This document shows, piece by piece, positions 1-7,259 of a stretch of DNA of 37,231 bases. Location of the stretch: positions 1-37,231 of the forward strand of contig DSAR01000349.1 in NCBI GenBank assembly GCA_011046405.1. Reading direction: 5' to 3'. Under the pieces are notes generated by a model. The model ran no database searches and was not told the DNA's origin. It saw only the letters and a list, made by a program, of their open reading frames with translations. This DNA comes from Chloroflexota bacterium. GTDB lineage: Bacteria; Chloroflexota; Anaerolineae; B4-G1. Each line of letters starts with the position of its first letter. The stretch's first letter is position 1. The translations under genes and the position numbers were made by a program.

Positions 1-18
1 CATCACCTCCTTCTTTCT
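1..18 (-). other. Probable start (RBS + ATG) of a divergent minus-strand gene running off the left edge
   Basis: The minus strand reads AGAAAGAAGGAGGTGATG, a strong SD followed by ATG at 3..1. The product cannot be seen. Confidence 0.45.
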
Positions 19-92
19 CTCCCCACAGCCCCTCTCCCTGATCATTTCCTTTCATCATCTTATCGACGGGAGAGGGGCTGGTGGGAAAAGAG
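17..92. repeat. GC-rich REP-like stem-loop
   Basis: cccacagcccctctccc (22-38) pairs with gggagaggggctggtggg (68-85), with one bulge. Confidence 0.6.
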
Positions 93-129
93 CGCGTGCC
101 AGGGCCCCATAGGGGGCCCATACGAGGAC

Positions 130-158
130 TTGGCAGACTGCGCAATCTGAAGTAGACT
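130..158 (+). promoter_or_regulatory. Possible sigma70 promoter for mvk
   Basis: TTGGCA-17 bp-TAGACT just upstream of the AGGAGG RBS. Confidence 0.35.
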
Positions 159-175
159 AAGCGCAGGAGGTTTTT

Positions 176-1183
176 ATGCGATCTGAACAAGTCCGCGCGT
201 CGGCTCCCGGGAAAATCATCCTGTTCGGCGAACACGCCGTCGTCTACGGTCGCCCGGCCATTGCAGCACCGGTGACACAGGTCCAGGCCACGGCGACGGT
301 TCAACCTGCCCCACCGGGTGCAGGCTTCACCATCGCCGCTCCCGACATCGGCCAGGTGTTCTCGTTCGCCACGAAAACGAGCACGGCCGCTCCCGATGAC
401 CCGCTCGCCGTCGCTGTCCAACTGGTATTGGCAGATCTCTCGGTCGAAGCGCCCGATGCGACGCTCACTATTCGCTCCACCATCCCCATCGCCAGTGGAC
501 TGGGCAGCGGCGCGGCCGTCGCCACCGCCCTCGTGCGAGCGCTGGCGGCCTATCTCGGCCGTCCCCTGGCCCCAGATCAAATCAGTGCCCTGGTCTACCA
601 GGTGGAAAAGCTCCATCATGGGACACCCAGCGGCATCGACAACACCGTCATCGCCTACGAACAACCCATCTACTTCGTCAGGAAGCCAGCCAAGGACCCC
701 GCTGGCTTCCCAGTTGGCCTCATTGAGCGTCTGATTGTGGGCGCCCCGCTGATCCTGGTCATCGGCGATACCGGGCTCCCCAGCCCCACCAAGCAGATCG
801 TCGCGCAGGTACGGCGCACGCGAGAGCGCGACCCGGCGCGCTGCGATGCACGTCTCGATCAAATCGGCGACGTCGCCGTCTCGGCGCGGCACGCCATCGA
901 GGCCGGCGACGTGGACACGCTGGGGCCGCTGATGGACGAGAACCACGCTCTCCTGATCGAGCTAGGCGTCTCCTCGCCCAAACTCAATGCCGTGGTAGAA
1001 GCGGCCCGCATCGCCGGCGCCATTGGGGCCAAGCTCTCTGGCGCGGGCCATGGCGGCAATATGATCGCCCTGGTGCAAAGGCAGAAAGACGCCGCCGACG
1101 TTATCGAGGCCCTGAAAGAGACCGGCGCCAAAAACGTCATCTGCACGACAATCCAGTCGACCCTTCCGCAGGTTCAAAAATGA
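176..1183 (+). CDS. mvk: Mevalonate kinase (GHMP family)
   Basis: Motifs APGKIILFGEHAVVYG, PIASGLGSGAA, HGTPSGID and GAKLSGAGHGG; AGGAGG RBS. Confidence 0.93.
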   Translation: MRSEQVRASAPGKIILFGEHAVVYGRPAIAAPVTQVQATATVQPAPPGAGFTIAAPDIGQVFSFATKTSTAAPDDPLAVAVQLVLADLSVEAPDATLTIRSTIPIASGLGSGAAVATALVRALAAYLGRPLAPDQISALVYQVEKLHHGTPSGIDNTVIAYEQPIYFVRKPAKDPAGFPVGLIERLIVGAPLILVIGDTGLPSPTKQIVAQVRRTRERDPARCDARLDQIGDVAVSARHAIEAGDVDTLGPLMDENHALLIELGVSSPKLNAVVEAARIAGAIGAKLSGAGHGGNMIALVQRQKDAADVIEALKETGAKNVICTTIQSTLPQVQK

Positions 1184-1190
1184 CCGCAAG

Positions 1191-1232
1191 ACTTGCATAC
1201 TTGCAACTTGCACACTTGCAACTTGCACACTT
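1191..1232. repeat. Short tandem array of ACTTGCA(C/T) units
   Basis: acttgcat-acttgca-acttgcac-acttgca-acttgcac-actt, with alternating 8- and 7-bp units. Confidence 0.9.
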
Positions 1233-1237
1233 CAACC

Positions 1238-2053
1238 ATGCAAAACATCATCTTTCTAAAATTGGGCGGATCGCTCATCACCGATAAGACACAGGCCTAC
1301 ACCGTCGAAACCCGGCGCCTCGCGCGCCTGGCGGAGGAAGTCGGTCAGGCCCTGGACAAGAACGCCGGTCTGAAATTGCTCCTCGGTCATGGCTCGGGGT
1401 CATTCGGGCATTGGGCGGCCAAGCCCTACGACACCCGTCACGGCGTCGAGACGGCCGCACAGTGGCGCGGTTACGCCGAGGTCGCTGCGGCCGCCGCTCA
1501 CCTCAACCACATCGTGACCCAAGCTTTCTGCAGCGCCGGTGTGCCGGTATGGAGCCTACAACCCTCGGCATCGGCCCGGTGTCACGATTACGTCCTGCAA
1601 CACCTGGACGTCCATCCCATTCACGCCGCCCTGGCGCGCGATCTCGTCCCATTGGTCTACGGCGACGTGGCCCTGGACGACGTGCACGGCGGCACCATTA
1701 TCTCGACCGAGGACATCTTCCTGTTTCTGGCCCATCACTTGCGCCCGACACGCATCCTGCTGCTGGGGCAGGTCGATGGCGTGTTGGATAGTGAAGGCCG
1801 CGTCATCCCCCGCATCACGCCTGCCGATCTCCCCGCCATCCAACAGGCGCTGTCCGGCTCGGCCGGCGTCGACGTCACCGGCGGCATGACCGACAAGGTC
1901 TCGCGGATGATCGAATTGGTGCAAGGTCTCCCGGCGACTTGCGTGCACATCCTCAACGGCGCCCGACCGGGCGCTCTGCGACGAACGCTCCTCGACCCCG
2001 CAATCGACACAGGCACGCGCATCTACGCTCCGCCCAAAGACGAGGATCACTAA
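1238..2053 (+). CDS. ipk: Isopentenyl phosphate kinase (amino-acid-kinase family)
   Basis: Motifs LKLGGSLITDK, GHGSGSFGH, PLVYGDV and DVTGGM..K; adjacent to mvk. Start moved to ATG 1238 because the longer ORF only translates the repeat. Confidence 0.88.
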   Translation: MQNIIFLKLGGSLITDKTQAYTVETRRLARLAEEVGQALDKNAGLKLLLGHGSGSFGHWAAKPYDTRHGVETAAQWRGYAEVAAAAAHLNHIVTQAFCSAGVPVWSLQPSASARCHDYVLQHLDVHPIHAALARDLVPLVYGDVALDDVHGGTIISTEDIFLFLAHHLRPTRILLLGQVDGVLDSEGRVIPRITPADLPAIQQALSGSAGVDVTGGMTDKVSRMIELVQGLPATCVHILNGARPGALRRTLLDPAIDTGTRIYAPPKDEDH

Positions 2054-2069
2054 TCCCACGTGCTTCCCA

Positions 2070-2096
2070 TCTTGCAACTTGCACACTTGCACACTT
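2070..2096. repeat. Second ACTTGCAC tandem array
   Basis: tcttgca-acttgcac-acttgcac-actt, in the same orientation as 1191-1232. Confidence 0.88.
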
Positions 2097-2099
2097 AGA

Positions 2100-2128
2100 T
2101 TGACACAAGCGCCTCGCTCGGTTATAAT
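2100..2128 (+). promoter_or_regulatory. sigma70 promoter of secDF
   Basis: Perfect consensus TTGACA-17 bp-TATAAT. Confidence 0.85.
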
Positions 2129-2197
2129 CCCCAACGTTTGCGTTCGTTTTCATACAAACAAACAGGAGAAGAAAAAAAGCACCGAAAGGATCCCCTT

Positions 2198-4273
2198 ATG
2201 AAACAATCAGAATCATGGCGATTCGCCATCATCATACTTATCGCGCTCGTAGCGCTGTACGTGAGCCTGGACATTGAGCACCCTCAATGGGTGAAAAATC
2301 TGGCTTTCTGGCAGCCGGCCGCGCACAGGGACATCGCCCTGCGCCTGGGGCTCGACCTGCAAGGCGGTCTCAAGGTGCTGCTGGCCGCCCAGGCGCCGGA
2401 GGGAGAGGAGATCGATCCCGGCTCGATACAGGAAGTGAGACGAATCATCGAGAGCCGGGTCAACGCCCTGGGATTGACCGAGCCAGTCGTCCAGTCGCAG
2501 GGGGAACGGCGTATCATCGTCGAGCTGCCCGGCATCGAGAACCCCGAGCTGGCGGTAGAGACGATCAAAGATACCGCCCTGCTAGAATTCGTCGACGTTG
2601 GGCGCATGTGGCTGGAACCGGGGGCCGTCATCACGACGACCGAAGGCCCCCCCACTTTTGGCGTGTCCGGCGTCGAAGAAACGGCGTTGATCCTCTCCGA
2701 GGAAGACGCTATGCCAACAACCGTCCTGCCCACACCCACGGAACCCACAGCGGTTGAGGAGACCGTGGAGGAGCGGGATCTCCCGCCCATGCCCGAAGAT
2801 CCTGCCGAGCGGGCCGATATGTACAGCGCCCCGCCCGAGATGCAGATCGACGTCGGGCAGACCTACACCGCCACGATCTCCACCGCCAAGGGAGACATCG
2901 TCGTCCAACTCGATCCCCAGGCAGCGCCCCTGACCGTCAACAACTTCGTTTTCCTATCCCAACAGGGGTTCTACGACGGGCTGACCTTCCACCGCGTCGA
3001 ACCGGGCTTCGTCATCCAGGGCGGCGATCCGTTGGGGACCGGCGGCGGCGGCCCGGGATATACCGTGCCCGCCGAAATCGGCCTGCCACATACCAAGGGC
3101 GCCATCGCCACCGCTCGCCTGGGGGATCAGATGAACCCGGAACGCGCGTCCAGCGGAAGTCAATTCTACATCGCGTTAGAAGCGTTACCCCAGTTGGACA
3201 ACGCCTACACGGTCTTTGGCCAGGTCGTCGAGGGGATGGACGTCGTCGAGTCGATCGAGATTGGCGACGTCATTCAGAACGTCAGCATCGTTGACGAAGA
3301 CGGAGAGGCGCCTGTTCCAGCCGATACAGTGACCGATCCAACGGTCGAGACGCCCCCGTCGCCAGCGACGACGCCGCAGACGAACGGCGAAGCAATCGTC
3401 TACGAGACGATATTGACCGGTGATCAGTTGACCGGGGTGGATCTAAACGTCTCGCCACAGAACGAGTTCATCGTCAGCATCGCGTGGAACGATGAGGCCG
3501 CCGAGATCTTTTACGAGTATACTGCGGCCCACGTCGGGCAACATCTCTGTATCCTGCTCGACAAGACCGTCATATCCTGTCCACGCATCAACCAGCCCAT
3601 CCCGGGCGGACAGGCCTCCATCACCGGCAACTTCACTCTCGAAGAAGCCCGCCGGCTGGCGCTCCAATTGCGTTACGGCGCCTTGCCCGTCCCGATGCAT
3701 GTCGAGAGTTTCAACCGCATCGGCGCCACGCTGGGTTCCGAATCGGTGGAAAGGTCGATTCGCGCCGGCCTCGTCGGTCTATCTATCGTCCTGTTCTTCA
3801 TGCTGGTCTATTACAGAATTCCCGGCGTGTTGGCCAACTTCGCGCTCATCATTTACGTGTTGATCAACATCGCAGTCTACAAACTCGCCCCGATCACGCT
3901 CACCCTGCCCGGGATCGCCGGGTTCATCCTATCGGCTGGGATGGCGGTAGACGCCAACATCCTCATCTTCGAGCGGCTGAAAGAGGAGTTGCGGCGGGGG
4001 CGACGGCTGATGACGGCAATCGAGATCGGTTTCGACCGGGCGTGGCCCTCGATCCGCGATGGTCAGCTTTCCAACCTCATCATCTGTGGCATTCTCTTCT
4101 TCTTTGGCAGCAATTTCGGCGCCAGTATCGTCAAAGGGTTCGCCATTACGCTGGCTATCGGCACGGTGATCAATATCTTCACGGCGGTCTTCGCTACCCG
4201 CACCTTCGTCCGTCAATTCGCGGCCTTGGCTGGCGATTGGCTCGCCGAGCACGAGAGGTTACTAGGAGTATAG
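2198..4273 (+). CDS. secD: Protein translocase subunit SecD with an in-frame cyclophilin-type PPIase insertion
   Basis: SecD motifs LGLDLQGG, RVNALGLTEP, RIIVELPG, LRYGALP, TLTLPGIAG and GMAVDANILIFER. Cyclophilin motifs FHRVEPGFVIQGGDP, SGSQFYI and YTVFGQV at about 2819-3298. ATG 2198 follows an AAGGA RBS. Confidence 0.93.
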   Translation: MKQSESWRFAIIILIALVALYVSLDIEHPQWVKNLAFWQPAAHRDIALRLGLDLQGGLKVLLAAQAPEGEEIDPGSIQEVRRIIESRVNALGLTEPVVQSQGERRIIVELPGIENPELAVETIKDTALLEFVDVGRMWLEPGAVITTTEGPPTFGVSGVEETALILSEEDAMPTTVLPTPTEPTAVEETVEERDLPPMPEDPAERADMYSAPPEMQIDVGQTYTATISTAKGDIVVQLDPQAAPLTVNNFVFLSQQGFYDGLTFHRVEPGFVIQGGDPLGTGGGGPGYTVPAEIGLPHTKGAIATARLGDQMNPERASSGSQFYIALEALPQLDNAYTVFGQVVEGMDVVESIEIGDVIQNVSIVDEDGEAPVPADTVTDPTVETPPSPATTPQTNGEAIVYETILTGDQLTGVDLNVSPQNEFIVSIAWNDEAAEIFYEYTAAHVGQHLCILLDKTVISCPRINQPIPGGQASITGNFTLEEARRLALQLRYGALPVPMHVESFNRIGATLGSESVERSIRAGLVGLSIVLFFMLVYYRIPGVLANFALIIYVLINIAVYKLAPITLTLPGIAGFILSAGMAVDANILIFERLKEELRRGRRLMTAIEIGFDRAWPSIRDGQLSNLIICGILFFFGSNFGASIVKGFAITLAIGTVINIFTAVFATRTFVRQFAALAGDWLAEHERLLGV

Positions 4274-4275
4274 TT

Positions 4276-5220
4276 ATGTTCAATATCGTAGAAAAACGAC
4301 GTTGGTTCTTTGTCATCGCAGCCATCACGATGCTGTTGTCGGTCGCTGTGATGCTCGTCTCCACCGCTCGCTTCGGCCAACCGATGCGTATTGGCATCGA
4401 CTTCACCGGCGGGAGCATCTTCGTCCTTCAATTCGACCCCAGCGCTGAAGGAGAACGAGAGGAAATCATCCGTTCCGTCTTCGTCGACTATGGACTGGAG
4501 GGGGCCATCGTACAGCAATTGGGCGACCCGGAAGAACATAGGTGGCAAATTCGCACCCGTGAAGTCACCGCTGACGAGGTCAATGACATCCTGGGGGCGT
4601 TGGATGAACAGGTAGGACAGATCGACCGCGACGCGATCACATTCGATACGGTCGAACCGACCGTCGGCGGCGAGGTGGCCCGGGCGGCGGGATTGGCCAT
4701 CCTGGTCGCCGCCGTCATCATCATCCTGTTCATATGGTTCTCCTTCCGGCGCGTCCCGAATGCGATTCGCTACGGGGTCTGCACCATCTCTGGCATGCTC
4801 TACAATCTGATCATTTCCTTTGGATTCTATTCGCTGATGGGCATCGTCGCCGGGTGGGAAGTCGACGCCCTCTTCCTCACTGCCATCCTGACCGTGATCG
4901 GGTTCTCGGTACAGGACGTGATCGTCGTCTTCGACCGCATCCGCGAGAACATCCCCCTGCGCCGAAGCGAACCTTACGAAACGGTGGTCAATCGCTCGAT
5001 CCTGGAGACGATCCACCGCTCGTTGGCCACCGAGCTCAACGCTATGTTCGTGATGGTCGCCATCATCCTCTTCGGGGGAGCGACCATCAAGCCCTTCATC
5101 GCCACGATGTTGGTCGGTATGCTCAGCGAGACCTTCTCGGCTATCTTCATCGCCGTGCCGCTGCTGGTCGTCTGGGAAAAGGCATCTGAACAACGCGCCA
5201 AATTGCAAGCGCGGGCCTAA
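4276..5220 (+). CDS. secF: Protein translocase subunit SecF
   Basis: Motifs GIDFTGG, V.PTVGGE and GFSVQDVIVVFDRIREN. ATG 4276 follows AGGAG, 2 nt downstream of secD. Confidence 0.93.
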   Translation: MFNIVEKRRWFFVIAAITMLLSVAVMLVSTARFGQPMRIGIDFTGGSIFVLQFDPSAEGEREEIIRSVFVDYGLEGAIVQQLGDPEEHRWQIRTREVTADEVNDILGALDEQVGQIDRDAITFDTVEPTVGGEVARAAGLAILVAAVIIILFIWFSFRRVPNAIRYGVCTISGMLYNLIISFGFYSLMGIVAGWEVDALFLTAILTVIGFSVQDVIVVFDRIRENIPLRRSEPYETVVNRSILETIHRSLATELNAMFVMVAIILFGGATIKPFIATMLVGMLSETFSAIFIAVPLLVVWEKASEQRAKLQARA

Positions 5221-5252
5221 CGCGGGCCTGGGAGCCATCGCTTTAGTGAAGC

Positions 5253-5285
5253 AGAAACCAGGTTTTTTCGAAAAACCTGGTTTCT
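5253..5285. repeat. Palindromic element (REP-like, possibly a terminator) after secF
   Basis: agaaaccaggttttt-tcg-aaaaacctggtttct forms a 15-bp perfect stem. A right-half-like copy lies at 30488-30503. Confidence 0.75.
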
Positions 5286-5319
5286 CCTGTCATGGGAGTT
5301 AGATTCGGAGGTCAGCCCA

Positions 5320-6102
5320 ATGTCCGATACCATCACCCTGCTATCCTGGAACGTCAACGGCATCCGCGCTTGTTACCGCAAGGGTTTCCTGGACTGGCTA
5401 TTTAACGCGCAGCCCAACGTGCTCGGCCTGCAAGAAACCCGGGCTGAAGCACACCAGCTTCCCCAGAAACTCGCGCAACCCGAGGGATACCAGGGTTACT
5501 GGAACCACTCACGTCGCAAAAAAGGATACAGCGGCACTGGCCTGCTCACCCAGATCGAAGCGTTGGACGTTCAATTTGGATTGGGAATCGAGGAATTCGA
5601 CCAGGAGGGCCGCACGATCATCGCTCAATATTCATCGTTCACCCTGCTCAACTGCTACTTCCCCAACGGTGGGCGTGACCTCAAGCGCGTGCCCTTCAAG
5701 ATGGCCTTCTACGACGCTTTCCTGGAAAAATGTGAACGGCTCCGCGCCCAGGGGCACGCGATCATCTTCTGTGGCGACGTAAACACTGCCCACCGCGAAA
5801 TCGATCTGGCTCACCCAAAGGCGAACGAGAAAAACACCGGCTTTCTGCCGGAAGAGCGGGCCTGGATCGACGCGGTCGTAGCCGCCGGGTACGTGGATAC
5901 TTTCCGTCACTTCTACCCGGATTTGACCGAGCAATATACCTGGTGGTCGATGCCCACCCGGGCTCGAGAACGGAATGTAGGCTGGCGCATTGACTACTTC
6001 TTCGCTGCCGAGGAGGTGATGGAGCGAATCACCGATGCCTTCATCCTGGCGGATGTGATGGGCAGCGACCATTGTCCGGTAGGGTTGAGGCTTCGCGTGT
6101 GA
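5320..6102 (+). CDS. xth: Exodeoxyribonuclease III / AP endonuclease
   Basis: Motifs SWNVNGIRA, LQET, KKGYSG, YFPNG, GDVNTAH, YTWWS, GWRIDY and GSDHCPV. Confidence 0.95.
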   Translation: MSDTITLLSWNVNGIRACYRKGFLDWLFNAQPNVLGLQETRAEAHQLPQKLAQPEGYQGYWNHSRRKKGYSGTGLLTQIEALDVQFGLGIEEFDQEGRTIIAQYSSFTLLNCYFPNGGRDLKRVPFKMAFYDAFLEKCERLRAQGHAIIFCGDVNTAHREIDLAHPKANEKNTGFLPEERAWIDAVVAAGYVDTFRHFYPDLTEQYTWWSMPTRARERNVGWRIDYFFAAEEVMERITDAFILADVMGSDHCPVGLRLRV

Positions 6103-6124
6103 GATCGTCTTTTTGTTGGGGAGC

Positions 6125-7066
6125 CTAATCGGGCAGATCCGGATAGACGTCTATCACCTTCCGCCCGCCGACGACCGACTGGGCCGCTACCCGACCCTTG
6201 ACCGAAGCAGGGTCCAACGTCACACCGGCGATCTGGCTCACGTTTTCTGTCAGGGACGCCAGAGGCAGAGCCAGCCCGATCAGCGTGCGGGATTCGTTCA
6301 CGACGAATCGCGGCCTGCCAGCCGAGACCAGGCGTAACTGGGCGGCGTCCCAAACCAGGAAGTACGGTTCGTAATTGCCGCTGGCCTCGTTGTATGAGAC
6401 GCCGATAGCGGCCTCGTACCCCAGGTCGGGATTGACGAGAACCGTAGCGGGCGGACGACCGCTCGTTTGATCCCCATCCACGTCTAACACGAAGACCCAA
6501 TCGGTGAAAGCGGCCGGCGGATCGGGGATCGGGTCGTATAGAGAGACCCACAACAGCACATCTCCCTCATTGGCCCACTCGATGAGTTCTGCCGGTGTGC
6601 CATCCGTCGGCTGAAGCGAAACCAGCAAATCGGCCCCCACATTGGCAGCCTGGATATCCACGCCACCGGGAAATGCTGCAACCGGTTCGCTTGTGTCGTA
6701 GATTATCACGTCTCCCCGGGCATCAGCGGATGAGATAGCCGGGGAAGACGGAAGCGTTGGGGATACCACGGCAGGCGAAGGAGACACCGGAACAGTTGGA
6801 GATTGCGTGGGCATTGGGGTATCGGTGGACACAGTTGAAGCCGGCGTTGGCGGCGTCGGCGTGCTAGATGCGGGCGTTATCGTGAGCCCCCCGGATGCAA
6901 GCATAGCGGTCGCGGTTGGGGCCGGTTCACCCTCTGACGTGGATCGCGAGTACGTGTACGCAACCAATACCACGCCAAGACACAGGGTGAGCACGACGAT
7001 GCTCAACACGACGGCCCAAAGCTCTTTCGTCTGCTGCTGGGCCACGATTCGTTGATATTCACGCAT
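6125..7066 (-). CDS. Membrane-anchored hypothetical protein with a Pro/Ser/Thr-rich stalk
   Basis: N-terminal hydrophobic helix, a long PTS-rich linker and a C-terminal beta-rich domain with LDVDGDQTSG; has its own promoter. Confidence 0.75.
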   Translation of the reverse strand: MREYQRIVAQQQTKELWAVVLSIVVLTLCLGVVLVAYTYSRSTSEGEPAPTATAMLASGGLTITPASSTPTPPTPASTVSTDTPMPTQSPTVPVSPSPAVVSPTLPSSPAISSADARGDVIIYDTSEPVAAFPGGVDIQAANVGADLLVSLQPTDGTPAELIEWANEGDVLLWVSLYDPIPDPPAAFTDWVFVLDVDGDQTSGRPPATVLVNPDLGYEAAIGVSYNEASGNYEPYFLVWDAAQLRLVSAGRPRFVVNESRTLIGLALPLASLTENVSQIAGVTLDPASVKGRVAAQSVVGGRKVIDVYPDLPD

Positions 7067-7081
7067 AGGCTAGTTACTCCA

Positions 7082-7116
7082 ATTCGTGTCGTTTGTCTAT
7101 TCGGGAGATTCGTGAT
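7082..7116. repeat. ATTCGTG-type degenerate tandem repeat
   Basis: attcgtgtc-gtttgtct-attcgggag-attcgtgat, with the same 9/8/9/9 layout as 27186-27220. Confidence 0.6.
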
Positions 7117-7186
7117 CTCACACGATCTCAAAAATGTCCGCCAGCGAATTCAGTCAAAGGCAAAAATCTGACAGTCAGTTGGTCTC

Positions 7187-7215
7187 ATTATAATGAAGCC
7201 TATAAGAAACGTCAA
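7187..7215 (-). promoter_or_regulatory. sigma70 promoter for the 6125-7066 gene
   Basis: Minus strand TTGACG-17 bp-TATAAT. The -10 lies in the palindrome CATTATAATG, which gives TATAAT on both strands. Confidence 0.7.
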
Positions 7216-7259
7216 CTTGAGTCCTCCTCAGGCAATTCGTCGTGCAGCGATGAAAAATC

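Noticed and set aside
1-18. catcacctccttct resembles the 16S rRNA 3' end (GATCACCTCCTT)
   Set aside because: The first base differs and nothing else is rRNA-like. It is better explained as a minus-strand SD plus ATG.
1191-1232. Tandem repeats as a possible CRISPR array
   Set aside because: Units are 7-8 bp with no unique spacers, and no cas genes are present.
1193-1237. N-terminal MHTCNLHTCNLH extension of IPK as a metal-binding motif
   Set aside because: It is only the translation of the DNA repeat; family similarity starts at ATG 1238.
2819-3298. SecD insert as an intein or a separate gene
   Set aside because: No intein splice motifs and no internal stop; it has clear cyclophilin motifs in frame.
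4042-4275. Upstream extension of the SecF ORF
   Set aside because: It overlaps secD in another frame; the RBS and homology support ATG 4276.
4213-5238. 341-aa minus-strand ORF
   Set aside because: Antisense shadow of secF, as expected in GC-rich DNA.
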